Assembly (NCBI GenBank): GCA_016218925.1
Contig: JACRCR010000140.1
Coordinates: forward strand, 6,389 to 70,388
Direction: 5' to 3'
Source of the DNA: Deltaproteobacteria bacterium
Lineage (GTDB): Bacteria > Desulfobacterota > Binatia > UBA1149 > CAITLU01
DNA: 64,000 bases
Shown here: positions 46,807 through 56,132 of the stretch, one piece after another
Layout of the letters: the number at the start of each line of letters is the position of its first letter
How positions within the stretch are numbered: the stretch's first letter is position 1
The notes under the pieces: generated by a model
What the model saw: only the letters and a program-made list of their open reading frames with translations
Told to the model about the DNA's origin: nothing
Databases searched by the model: none
Position numbers and translations under genes: made by a program

Positions 46807-48410
46807 TCCAGCACCACTGCGGCTGCGCCCGCGGTGCTCGGCGGCTTGCGGATCAGCAGCATCATCGGGACCACGATCAGGAAGCCGATCGACATCATGC
46901 GGAACACGTCGACGAAGGCCAGGGTGCGGGCCTGAGCGCCGAGCATCTGGTAGATCGCGGCCTGAGCCTGCGCGGTAGCCTGCGCGAGATCGGAGGTATG
47001 GGCCGAGAACGCCGCGGTGAGCTGGGTCATCCACGCGCCGTAGGCCGGATCCAGCGGCGTGGCGTGCGCCACCAGCAGACTCTGATGGACCTGAGCCTGG
47101 CGCGCGATCATCGTAGCCATCGACGCGATTCCGACGCTGGCGCCGATGTTGCGCGCCAGGCTGATCAGGCTGGAGGCCGCACCGCGGTCGGCGGTACGTA
47201 TGAAAGCGTATGAGACGGTGCTCAGCGGCACGAAGATGAAAGCCATCCCGAGCCCCTGCAGCATACGCGCGACGACGATGTCGCCGAAGGCGACGTCGAG
47301 GCTGAAGCGTCCCATCGCGAACAGTGCCGAGGAGACCACCAGCGCGCCGAAGATGATCATCTTGCGAGCGTCCAGGTGTGCGACCAGCCAGCCGACGATC
47401 GGCATGAAGAACATGATGACGAGTCCACTCGGCGACACCGCCATGCCGCTGAGCATCGCGGTGTAGCCCATCAGCGTCTGTGTGAAGAGCGGAATCAGCA
47501 CGGTGCTGCCGTACAACACGAACCCGAACAGCAGCGTTGCCGCGACCGACAGCGCGAAGTTGCGTTCCCCGAGCAGCCGCAGGTCAACCACCGGGTCCTC
47601 GTGGCGCAATTCCCACCAGATCGTGAAGACGAACGCGGTGACCGACGCCACCGCCAGCGTGCAGATGAAGCGCGACGCCATCCAGTCGTAGCGCTCGCCG
47701 AGGTCGAGGATCATCTGCAGCGCGCCGATCGCCAGCGCCAGCCCTCCCAGTCCCATCCAGTCGATCGAACTGCGCTCGGCGCCGTGGCGTCGCGGCAGGA
47801 ACGGAGGGTCGGTGATGAAGCGCGACGACAGCAGCAGCGACAGCACGCCGATCGGCACGTTGATGAAGAACACCCAGCGCCAGCTCGCGTTGTCGGTGAT
47901 CCAGCCTCCGAGCGTGGGCCCGATCACCGGCGCCGCCACCACCGTCATTCCGTAGACCGCCATGCCCATCCCGCGCTTGGCCAGCGGAAAGGTGTCGACC
48001 AGGATCGCCTGCGTGGAGGGCTGCAGTCCGCCGCCGCCTAGCCCCTGCAGCAGCCGGCACAGTACCAGCACCGAGAGGTTGGGCGCCAGTCCGCACAGCA
48101 GCGAGCTGAGCGTGAACAGTGCCACGCACGCGAGGTAGAAGTTGCGCCTGCCGAACAGTGTGGACATCCAGCCGCTGATCGGCAACACGATCGCATTGGA
48201 GACCAGATAGGAGGTCAGGATCCAGGTGCTGTCTTCGACGCCTGCGCCGAGGTTGCCGGCGATGTGTGGCAGCGCGACGTTGGCGATGCTCGTGTCGAGG
48301 ATTTCCATGAAAGTTGCCAGCGTGGCCACGACCGCGATCAGCCACGGATTGAAAGGGGCGTGGAAGTGCTCCACGCCCGACTCGTCGCTCGCGGCTGCAG
48401 CCGCGCTCAC
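46803..48410 (-). CDS. DHA2/EmrB family MFS efflux permease
   Basis: 'MEILDTSIANVALPHIAG', 'GPTLGGWITDN', 'WRWVFFINVPIG'; about 14 TMs. Confidence 0.95.
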   Translation of the reverse strand: MSAAAAASDESGVEHFHAPFNPWLIAVVATLATFMEILDTSIANVALPHIAGNLGAGVEDSTWILTSYLVSNAIVLPISGWMSTLFGRRNFYLACVALFTLSSLLCGLAPNLSVLVLCRLLQGLGGGGLQPSTQAILVDTFPLAKRGMGMAVYGMTVVAAPVIGPTLGGWITDNASWRWVFFINVPIGVLSLLLSSRFITDPPFLPRRHGAERSSIDWMGLGGLALAIGALQMILDLGERYDWMASRFICTLAVASVTAFVFTIWWELRHEDPVVDLRLLGERNFALSVAATLLFGFVLYGSTVLIPLFTQTLMGYTAMLSGMAVSPSGLVIMFFMPIVGWLVAHLDARKMIIFGALVVSSALFAMGRFSLDVAFGDIVVARMLQGLGMAFIFVPLSTVSYAFIRTADRGAASSLISLARNIGASVGIASMATMIARQAQVHQSLLVAHATPLDPAYGAWMTQLTAAFSAHTSDLAQATAQAQAAIYQMLGAQARTLAFVDVFRMMSIGFLIVVPMMLLIRKPPSTAGAAAVVLE

Positions 48411-49555
48411 CGAACTTTCACCGCCGGGACCACCGACATGCCGGCCCCGAGCAGGTAGCGCGACGGATCGGGCTGCTCGTCGAAGACGATCTTGACCGGA
48501 ACGCGCTGCACCACTTTGACGTAGTTGCCGGTGGCATTCTCGGGCGGCAGCAGGCTGAAGCGCGACCCCGCGCCGGCCTGTATGCTCTCGACGCGACCGC
48601 GGAACGTCGCGTCGGGATACGCATCGACATGCAGCTCGGCGATCGCCCCCGGCCGCACGCCTTCGAGCTGGGTCTCCTTGAAGTTGGCCACCACCCAGCG
48701 CTCGGCGGGCAGCAGAGCCATCAGGATCTGTCCTTTCTGGACGTAGTTGCCCGGCTGTACGTTCTTGCGCGTGATGCGGCCGGCTTCGGGCGCGACGATG
48801 TGCGTGTATGAGACTTCGAGCGTGGCCGCATCGACCGCTGCGCGCGCACGCGCAGCAGCGGCCTCGGCGCGTGCCACATCGGCCTCGCGTACGGCGAGTT
48901 CGTGCGGCGCGGCCTCGGCGGCGGCCAGGCGGCCGCCGGCGGCCGCTACTGCCGCACGCGCCGCGGCTACGTTCCTGCGCGCCGCCTCCAGGCGCGCCTC
49001 TGCGGTGCGCGCTTTGGACTGGGCCGCCTCGCGCTGCTGGTCGGAAATCGCGCGATCGCTCAGGTGACGGTAGCGCGCCAGGTCCGAGCCGGCCTGCGTG
49101 GACTCGCTCGCTGCGGCGCTTTGCTGCGCTTCGGCTTCAGTGAGTCTGGCGCGTGCGGATTCGAGAATCGCTCCGGCTTCGTCCACCGCCGCAGCGGTAG
49201 TGGTACGCGCCGCTTCGAAGGTCGCGCGCGCGGCGTCGATTTCGGCCTCGGCGAGCCGCAGCGCGGCGCGGGCCTGCGCCAGATCCGCGTCGGCGTCGCG
49301 AGAGTCGATGTCGATCATCGGCTGGCCGGCCTGCACCTCCTGGTTTTCCGATACGTGGACGCCGGCGACGCGACCCGCGATCGAAGGGCTAACCTGCGCG
49401 ACGCGCGCTTCGATGAAAGCGTCGTCGGTAGAAACCCAGGCCCGCCACACCAGCAGGTAGCGAAGTCCGAGGCCGGCGCCGACCAACGCGACGACAATCG
49501 CGACGGCGATCGGCACGCGACCGCGCATCGGCTTGGAGAGCATGTTCGCGCTCAT
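48407..49555 (-). CDS. EmrA/HlyD family adaptor protein
   Basis: 'STDDAF', 'IVAPEAG', 'VVANFKETQL', 'FSLLPPENATGNYVKVVQRVPVKI'. Confidence 0.95.
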   Translation of the reverse strand: MSANMLSKPMRGRVPIAVAIVVALVGAGLGLRYLLVWRAWVSTDDAFIEARVAQVSPSIAGRVAGVHVSENQEVQAGQPMIDIDSRDADADLAQARAALRLAEAEIDAARATFEAARTTTAAAVDEAGAILESARARLTEAEAQQSAAASESTQAGSDLARYRHLSDRAISDQQREAAQSKARTAEARLEAARRNVAAARAAVAAAGGRLAAAEAAPHELAVREADVARAEAAAARARAAVDAATLEVSYTHIVAPEAGRITRKNVQPGNYVQKGQILMALLPAERWVVANFKETQLEGVRPGAIAELHVDAYPDATFRGRVESIQAGAGSRFSLLPPENATGNYVKVVQRVPVKIVFDEQPDPSRYLLGAGMSVVPAVKVR

Positions 49556-50331
49556 CGTTTTCTCCGCGACGCGCTCTCGTCCGGCTGCGGCTGCCGGGCT
49601 CGCGTCTTGGTGTCGCTCGCGCCGCTGGCCGCCGCGTGCGACCGGTCGGTGCGCAGGCCCGCCAGCGAGAACGCCGTGATGTGTTGCGCCAGCGCGTCGA
49701 GGTCGAGGCTCGTACCGGGCGTCATCGCGGCCAGCAACGCACGTGCGCTGCGGTGCACGCTGCACTGGCCCATGATGCTCGCGACGTTCAGTCGCGTGTC
49801 GGCGCAGTCGCCCGGCTGTCCGGTGATCTGCGAGACGATCGCGGCCAGTTCGTGGAACATCGGCTCGGCGACCTCGTCGACCATGACCGCGAACGCGGGG
49901 CCAGGGTCGGCCAGCTCGCGTGTCATCAGGCGTCCGTGCCAGGCCGGACGCCCGCGATCGAGCAGGCGCCTCAGAAAGGTCACGATGAAGCGGTGCAGCG
50001 CGCCCTCGGCATCGGTCCTGGCGAGCGCGGCCAGGCCGTCGATCGGATAGCGTTCGGCCGCGTACTCCTGGGTGCTGCGCAGCACCGCTTCGTAGAGCGC
50101 GGCCTTGGACCCGAAGTGGTAGGCCACCGCCGAGACGTTGGCGTTGGCGCGGCCGCAGATCTCGCGCACCGCGCCGCCGCGGTAGCCGTGCTCGGCGAAC
50201 ACCGCGCCGGCTGCCTCGAGCAGGCGCCGTCGAGTCGCCGCCGCAGTAGCGCCGCCGGCTGCGGCTCCGCGGCGCGTCCTGGGCAGTGCAGGTGTTGTCA
50301 GCGAGGAGCGGGGAGGCCGGCGACGTGGCAT
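49552..50331 (-). CDS. TetR regulator, CecR/DUF1956 type
   Basis: 'TRRRLLEAAGAVFAEHGY...VREICGRANANVSAVAYHFGSK', 'GRLMTRELADP', 'HITAFSLAGL'. ATG at 50331. Confidence 0.9.
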   Translation of the reverse strand: MPRRRPPRSSLTTPALPRTRRGAAAGGATAAATRRRLLEAAGAVFAEHGYRGGAVREICGRANANVSAVAYHFGSKAALYEAVLRSTQEYAAERYPIDGLAALARTDAEGALHRFIVTFLRRLLDRGRPAWHGRLMTRELADPGPAFAVMVDEVAEPMFHELAAIVSQITGQPGDCADTRLNVASIMGQCSVHRSARALLAAMTPGTSLDLDALAQHITAFSLAGLRTDRSHAAASGASDTKTRARQPQPDESASRRKR

Positions 50332-50336
50332 CTTAG

Positions 50337-50374
50337 TCAAACACGCGTTTGAAAGAATTAGAACGAGCGTTTGA
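50337..50374. promoter_or_regulatory. Two tandem TetR-type operators: TCAAAC-ACGC-GTTTGA and TAGAAC-GAGC-GTTTGA
   Basis: Perfect palindrome at 50337-50352 and an imperfect copy at 50359-50374, immediately upstream of the TetR start. Confidence 0.65.
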
Positions 50375-50400
50375 CCGAGGCAAGCCCCGCGCCCCACCGG

Positions 50401-50468
50401 CAAGCGGGCAAGGGGTCAAGTCGCGGCTTTCGACAAGCGGGCAAGGGGTCAAGTCGCGGCTTTCGACA
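50401..50468 (+). repeat. 33-bp tandem duplication carrying copies 2 and 3 of the dispersed repeat
   Basis: CAAGCGGGCAAGGGGTCAAGTCGCGGCTTTCGA at 50401-50433 and 50434-50466. Confidence 0.92.
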
Positions 50469-50651
50469 GGTCCCCTCGACCTCTCGGAGCCGAGACGAAC
50501 CGCGCCGGCTCGCGCCCGCAGGCGCCACGCGCCGTCGCCCTACGAGAAAATGCTGACGCGACGCGTTGCTCTTGCGGCGCGGGTGCTCTACTGTGCGCGG
50601 TCTTTGCCATCCCCAGCGCGCCCCTTTTCAGGCCCGAGGCCTCGTACACCC

Positions 50652-52517
50652 ATGCAAACCCGTAATCTGGCTGTTGCCGTCACTTCTCTCGATGATTCCG
50701 ACGCTGCCTTCGAAGAAGACCAGTGCAGCGCCGGCGCCTTCGAGGCGGTCGCGACGCCGCTGCGCGACGCCCTGCGCGACCGCGGCTTTAGCGCACTGAC
50801 GGCGGTGCAGCAGGCGGTGCTGGAGGCGACGATCGACGGCCGCGACCTGCAGATCTCATCGCAGACCGGCTCCGGAAAGACCGTTGCGCTCGGCTTCGTG
50901 ATGGCGCCGCAGCTTCTCGAACTCGATGCACGCGCGCCGAAGGCTCGGCCGCTGCCGGCGGGTCCGGTGGCCCTGGTGATCGTTCCGACCCGCGAGTTGG
51001 CCGCTCAGGTCAAGACCGAACTCGAGTGGCTCTACGCAGGCGTTCCGGCGGTCGTGGTCGAGTGCGTCACCGGTGGCACCAGCGTCGGCCAGGAGCGCCG
51101 CCGCCTGGGCGCAAGGCCTCCGGTCGTCGTCGGTACTCCAGGGCGCCTGCTCGACCACATCCGCAGCGGCGCGCTGGATTGCTCGCTGGTCAGCCAACTG
51201 GTTCTCGACGAAGCCGACCGCATGCTCGACATGGGCTTTCGCGAAGAGCTTGCGGCGATCCTCGAAGCCACGCCCGCCGAGCGTCGCACGCATCTGGTTT
51301 CCGCCACCTTCCCGCCCGAGATCCGCGCGCTGGCGCGCCAGTACCAGGTCGAGCCGTTGCAGGTTCAGGGAACCCGCCTCGGAGTGGCCAACGTCGACAT
51401 CGAACACGTCGGCCATCTGCTGCGCCAGGACGACCGCTACGCTGCGCTGGTCAACATCCTGCTGCTGGCCGAAGGCGAGCGCACGCTGGTGTTCGTCAAC
51501 ACCCGCGTCGAAGCCACCCAACTCGCCGACCAGTTGTCTGGCGACGGCTTCACGGCACTGCCGCTCAGCGGCGAGCTCGAACAGGCCCAGCGCACCCGCA
51601 CGCTCGCGGCGTTTCGCAACGGCGCGGCCAGCGTGCTGGTAGCTACCGACGTAGCCGCGCGCGGCCTGGACATTCCCGAAGTCGGCACGGTCATTCACAC
51701 GGCGCCGCCGATCGACTCGGAAACCTACACGCATCGAAGTGGACGTACCGGGCGCGCCGGACTCAAGGGCCGCAGCGTGTTGCTCGCGCCCGCGCACCGC
51801 CAGCGCAAGGTCGAGTTCCTGCTCGCGCGCGCCAAGGTCAAGATCCAGTGGCGCGAGGTGCCCACGGCTGCGTCGGTGGCCAAGGCTCTGGCCAAGCGCG
51901 AACGGCGGCGTCTGGAGAAGGCTCTGGACGGAGCCCCCGAGCTCACCGAGACTCAGCTCGAGTACGCGCGCGCGCTGCTGGAGAAGCGCGACGCTGCGCA
52001 GCTCGTTGCCAACCTGATCGAGCAGTGCCGCGCGCCGCACAAGGCCGCGCCGCGCGAAGTGAAAGCCGCGAGCGCCGAACTCGCCAGTCGCCCCGAGGCG
52101 CGTTCCGAGCCCCGCCACGGGCAGGACGCGCAGCGCCCGCGCGTGCGCCAGCTGCGCGAAGACGACCGCTATCAGCGTCGCGACGACGGTTATCGCCGGC
52201 CCGAGCGCGAAGACGACTCTCGTCGCGGCGGTGCGGTGCATTTCGAGATCAACTGGGGGTATCGCGATGGTGCCAGTCCGCAGCGGCTGCTCGCCGTCAT
52301 CTGCCGTCGCGGCGACATCTCCAGTCGCATGATCGGCGCCATCGACGTCGACACCCACGTTGCCACGTTTGAGGTTGCCGGCGAGGCTGCGCGCGAGTTC
52401 GACGCCCGCGTTCGCCGCCCCGACTCGCGCGATCCGGATCTTTGCATCCGCCGCGTGCGCGCGTACGAAGGTCCGGCTGGCCCGCGGCGGATCTACACCA
52501 GATCCAGTACGCGCTGA
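50652..52517 (+). CDS. DEAD-box RNA helicase with DbpA-type C-terminal domain (DeaD/CsdA-like)
   Basis: QTGSGKT, PTRELA, GTPGRLLDH, LDEADRM, SAT, ARGLD, HRSGRTGRAG; C-terminal RNA-binding domain. Confidence 0.93.
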   Translation: MQTRNLAVAVTSLDDSDAAFEEDQCSAGAFEAVATPLRDALRDRGFSALTAVQQAVLEATIDGRDLQISSQTGSGKTVALGFVMAPQLLELDARAPKARPLPAGPVALVIVPTRELAAQVKTELEWLYAGVPAVVVECVTGGTSVGQERRRLGARPPVVVGTPGRLLDHIRSGALDCSLVSQLVLDEADRMLDMGFREELAAILEATPAERRTHLVSATFPPEIRALARQYQVEPLQVQGTRLGVANVDIEHVGHLLRQDDRYAALVNILLLAEGERTLVFVNTRVEATQLADQLSGDGFTALPLSGELEQAQRTRTLAAFRNGAASVLVATDVAARGLDIPEVGTVIHTAPPIDSETYTHRSGRTGRAGLKGRSVLLAPAHRQRKVEFLLARAKVKIQWREVPTAASVAKALAKRERRRLEKALDGAPELTETQLEYARALLEKRDAAQLVANLIEQCRAPHKAAPREVKAASAELASRPEARSEPRHGQDAQRPRVRQLREDDRYQRRDDGYRRPEREDDSRRGGAVHFEINWGYRDGASPQRLLAVICRRGDISSRMIGAIDVDTHVATFEVAGEAAREFDARVRRPDSRDPDLCIRRVRAYEGPAGPRRIYTRSSTR

Positions 52518-52557
52518 TGCGCGCGCCTGTCCCCGGCGCCGGCGGGGAGAACTCGCG

Positions 52558-54726
52558 ATGCGTGAAGAGAAGGTCACGTTCTGCCGGGTCTGCGAGGCCC
52601 TGTGTGGGCTCGTTGCGACGGTGGAAGACGGGCGCGTCACCGGGCTCAGGCCCGATCCCGATCACATAGTGTCCAAGGGCTACGCGTGTGCCAAAGGGCT
52701 CGCGTTCCACGATGTGACCCACGATCCCGATCGCGTCGTTCACCCCATGAAGAGGCAGGGCGAGCGCTGGCAGCGCATCGACTGGGATAGCGCGCTCGGC
52801 GAGATCGGCGCCAGGCTGCGCACCGTCCGCGAGCGCGACGGAGTCGATGCGGTGGCTTTCTATACCGGCAACCCGACGGTTTTCTCGTACAGTGCGCGTC
52901 TCTTCGCCGGCGCGCTGGCAAGCGCGGCGGGCACCCGCAACACCTACAGCGCCGGCACCCAGGACAACGCCGCCGACTTCCTGGCCTCGAAGTTCCTGTA
53001 CGGCGCCTACCTGTTGCAGCCGATCCCGGACCTCGACCGCACCGATCATCTGCTGCTGGTCGGCGTCAACCCCGTCGTCTCGCACGGCACGTTGCTCCAC
53101 GCGGCCGACATCGGCCGGCGGATCAAGGCGATTCGCGAGCGCGGTGGCAAGGTGGTGTTGCTGGATCCGCGCCGCACGCAGACCGCGAAGATCGCCAGCG
53201 AGCACCACTATGTTCGGCCCGACTCGGACATCTTCGTGCTGATGGCGATGCTGCGCGTGATCCTCGACGAGCGTTTGGAGGACAAAGCGTTTCTCGACGC
53301 GCACACGCAGGGGCAGGACGACCTGAGGCGTGTGGTCACGGCGTTTTCGCCCGAACTCGCGCAGGCGCGCAGCGGCATCGACGCAGACATCGTGCGCCGC
53401 ATGGCACGCGAGTTCGCCGTCGCGCCGCGAGCCTGCGTCTACGAGCGCGCGGTGTGCGGCACGTTCGGGACGCTGACCGCTTGGGCCTGCGACGTTCTCA
53501 ACATCGTGACCGGCAATCTGGACGCAGCCGGTGGCGCGATCTTCGCCGGCGGTCTGCTCGACATGGTGGCGGTCACCGAGAAGATCGGCATGAACGAATA
53601 CGGCGGGCGCCACAGCCGGGTGGACGCCATGCCCGCTTGTCGCGGCGATCTTCCCAGTGGCGTCCTGGTCGATGAAATCCTGACCCCCGGTGCCGGGCAG
53701 ATCCGCGCGCTGGTCGTCACCGCTGGCAACCCGGTGCTGTCGATCCCGCGCGGCAACGAACTGGCGCTGGCGATGCGCAGCCTCGAGTGCAGCGTAGCGA
53801 TCGATTTCTACATGAACGAAACGGCTGCGTGCGCCGACTACTTCCTGCCCGCCACCACGTTCCTCGAACGCGAGGATCTGCCAGTGGCGCACCAGAATCT
53901 GATGCTCGAGCCGTTCGTGCAGTGGACCGAGCCGGTGATCGCGCCGCTCGGCCAGGCGCGCCAGGAGTGGGAGATCCTTTCCGAGCTCGGAGAGGCGATG
54001 GGGCTGCCGTTCCTGAACAACCCGTTGCTCGACGCCGTGCGCAGGGTCTCGCGTCTCGTCGGCCGTCCACTGTCGGCGACCGGGGTCATCGACCTGATGA
54101 TTCGCACCGGGCGGCTCGGCGACAAGCTGCTGCCATGGCGCAGCGGGCTTTCGCTGGCCGAGATCCGCAAGCATCCCCACGGGATGCGTCTGCCAGGCAA
54201 CACCACCGGCGATCTCGCGGGCAAGATCCGTCATCCCGGCGGCAAGGTGCAGCTGTGGAACGAGCACCTGGAGCGCGACCTCGAGCGTCTGCATGCGACC
54301 ATCGTCGTATCACCAGCGCGAAGCGACGGGGCGCCGCACCGGCGGCCGCTGCAACTGATCGGCCGGCGCGATCCGCGCTCGCACAACTCCTGGATGCACA
54401 ACGTGCCGCGGCTGCTCGCCAGCAACGTCTGCGATCTACGCATTCATCCCGACGACGCCGGCGCTCGCGGGATCGGTGCCGGGCAACGGGTGCGTGTTTC
54501 CAGCAACGTCGGTTCGATCGAAGCGATCGTGGTGCTGAGCGACGAGCTGATGCCCGGCGTCGTGTGCATGCCGCACGGCTGGGGGCACGACGCCGCGGGC
54601 GGCCGGGCGGTTGCGTCCAAGCCGGGCGTCAACTGCAACCTGCTGATCGACCGCCACGCGATGGAGCCGCTGTCGGGGATGAGTTTCCTCAACGGATTCC
54701 CGGTCGAGGTCGAGAAGCTGGGCTGA
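52558..54726 (+). CDS. Molybdopterin (bis-MGD) oxidoreductase, single subunit
   Basis: N-terminal CRVCEALC...C [4Fe-4S] motif, 'ADYFLPATTFLE', C-terminal 'SHNSWMHN...IHPDDA...GVVCMPHGWG'; no Tat signal. Confidence 0.92.
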   Translation: MREEKVTFCRVCEALCGLVATVEDGRVTGLRPDPDHIVSKGYACAKGLAFHDVTHDPDRVVHPMKRQGERWQRIDWDSALGEIGARLRTVRERDGVDAVAFYTGNPTVFSYSARLFAGALASAAGTRNTYSAGTQDNAADFLASKFLYGAYLLQPIPDLDRTDHLLLVGVNPVVSHGTLLHAADIGRRIKAIRERGGKVVLLDPRRTQTAKIASEHHYVRPDSDIFVLMAMLRVILDERLEDKAFLDAHTQGQDDLRRVVTAFSPELAQARSGIDADIVRRMAREFAVAPRACVYERAVCGTFGTLTAWACDVLNIVTGNLDAAGGAIFAGGLLDMVAVTEKIGMNEYGGRHSRVDAMPACRGDLPSGVLVDEILTPGAGQIRALVVTAGNPVLSIPRGNELALAMRSLECSVAIDFYMNETAACADYFLPATTFLEREDLPVAHQNLMLEPFVQWTEPVIAPLGQARQEWEILSELGEAMGLPFLNNPLLDAVRRVSRLVGRPLSATGVIDLMIRTGRLGDKLLPWRSGLSLAEIRKHPHGMRLPGNTTGDLAGKIRHPGGKVQLWNEHLERDLERLHATIVVSPARSDGAPHRRPLQLIGRRDPRSHNSWMHNVPRLLASNVCDLRIHPDDAGARGIGAGQRVRVSSNVGSIEAIVVLSDELMPGVVCMPHGWGHDAAGGRAVASKPGVNCNLLIDRHAMEPLSGMSFLNGFPVEVEKLG

Positions 54727-54797
54727 GCCGCGCCGCGCCGTGCCGCAGGCGAGCGGGTCACTGCGGCGGTAGCCGGCGACGCGGCGGCCGCCCGGCG

Positions 54798-56132
54798 TTA
54801 CAGCTCGGGTCGATCGGCGCGCACGCCGAACTCGGCAGCGTTCTCGCCGCGAATGACCTCGATGATGGCGGGAAAGTCGGCCTGGGTGACGCGGCGGCTG
54901 TCCTTGCGCGGCAGCGGGAACCCGTTGCTGACCAGTTTATCGCTGACTTCGATCTGCAACACCGCGTCGTTGGTGAAGGCCGTACCCTGGAAACTCTCGG
55001 GGCTGCGCAGCGCGAGCGCGGGACCCGCGCCGGCACAGTCCTGGAGAGGACGCGATGGCGCAAACGCCATCGAGACCAGCCACGGATGTATGACCGGGCC
55101 GATGTCCAACTGGCGTCGCGTCGTCAGCTTCCAATCGGGGATTCGCCTGCTCGGATCCCACCAGATGCCGGCCACCGATCGGATCGCGCCGGTCGCCGAT
55201 TCCTTCGAGACGACTCGCAGCCGTTTCAGCGTCATCGCGATCCAGGCATCCATCGCTTCGTTGTAGCGGCGTTCGTCGCCGGTATCGCGCTGCGCGATGA
55301 TGCCGCCGGCCAGTTTCACCCCGAGCAGGTCGGAATAGATATCCTCGGGCGAGAACGCCGAGATCTTCTCCGGCCAGGTGGTCGCCGATGCGTAGCCGTA
55401 CCAGGTGGAGATCTCGTGCCAGATCGAAAGCTGGAACGCCAGCCACTTCGCGAGCGCGACTGCGTTGGCGCGGCGACCTACGCTGGAGATCCGAGCCTTG
55501 TCGATGGCGCCGAGCAGGATGGTGCGCTTGCCGCCCTGATCGGACAAGTCGATGGCGGCGCCTCTGTCCATGTTGCGCGCGATCTGCGCGGTCAGATACA
55601 CGGTCATGTCCGCCCAGTCGCGGATGTGCGCTATGTCTAGAAAGCCGCCGCGACACGTGTAGACGAGCCCGTTGTTTTCGCGCTCGATGATCCGCCCGGT
55701 GTCGCTCGAGCCGATCTCGAGGACGCCGACGTTGTACTTGTGAGGCCCGAGATCGCTGGCGCCGCGGATGTTGCTGAGGGAGAACCCCGGCACTGGTATC
55801 GCGCCGACCGCGATGCGCAGGTCCACGCCGAAGGCGCAGCAAGGCCGCAGGTTGGTCGGCTCTGGCGGCAGCGGAATCGAAGCGGGGTCGAACGCGGATG
55901 CCGCGCCCGGGTACGCATCGTCGAGGGCTGCGGCGACGGCACGGTCGGGTGCACGTAGGTCGGCGGGGGCGCGCCACGCCGAGACGGTTGCGCAACCACC
56001 GCTGCACAGCAGCGCGAGCAGCCAGGCGGCGCCGCGCGGCGCTCGGGGCCGGGCTGTGATCGCGGGCCGCCTGGAGCCGGGCGGTTCGCTGCGGGCGCCG
56101 TGCATCCGCAGAAAAGAACTAGATCGCCGCAT
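54798..56132 (-). CDS. DUF4056 family putative lipoprotein
   Basis: 'LRPCCAFG', 'GLVYTCRGGFLDIAHIRDWAD', 'WHEISTWYG', 'SAFSPEDIYSDLLG'. Start uncertain (56132 or 56105). Confidence 0.75.
   Translation of the reverse strand: MRRSSSFLRMHGARSEPPGSRRPAITARPRAPRGAAWLLALLCSGGCATVSAWRAPADLRAPDRAVAAALDDAYPGAASAFDPASIPLPPEPTNLRPCCAFGVDLRIAVGAIPVPGFSLSNIRGASDLGPHKYNVGVLEIGSSDTGRIIERENNGLVYTCRGGFLDIAHIRDWADMTVYLTAQIARNMDRGAAIDLSDQGGKRTILLGAIDKARISSVGRRANAVALAKWLAFQLSIWHEISTWYGYASATTWPEKISAFSPEDIYSDLLGVKLAGGIIAQRDTGDERRYNEAMDAWIAMTLKRLRVVSKESATGAIRSVAGIWWDPSRRIPDWKLTTRRQLDIGPVIHPWLVSMAFAPSRPLQDCAGAGPALALRSPESFQGTAFTNDAVLQIEVSDKLVSNGFPLPRKDSRRVTQADFPAIIEVIRGENAAEFGVRADRPEL

Noticed and set aside
50401-50468. 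33-bp repeat pair as a mini CRISPR array
   Set aside because: The copies are head-to-tail with no unique spacer, there are only two, and no cas genes are present.
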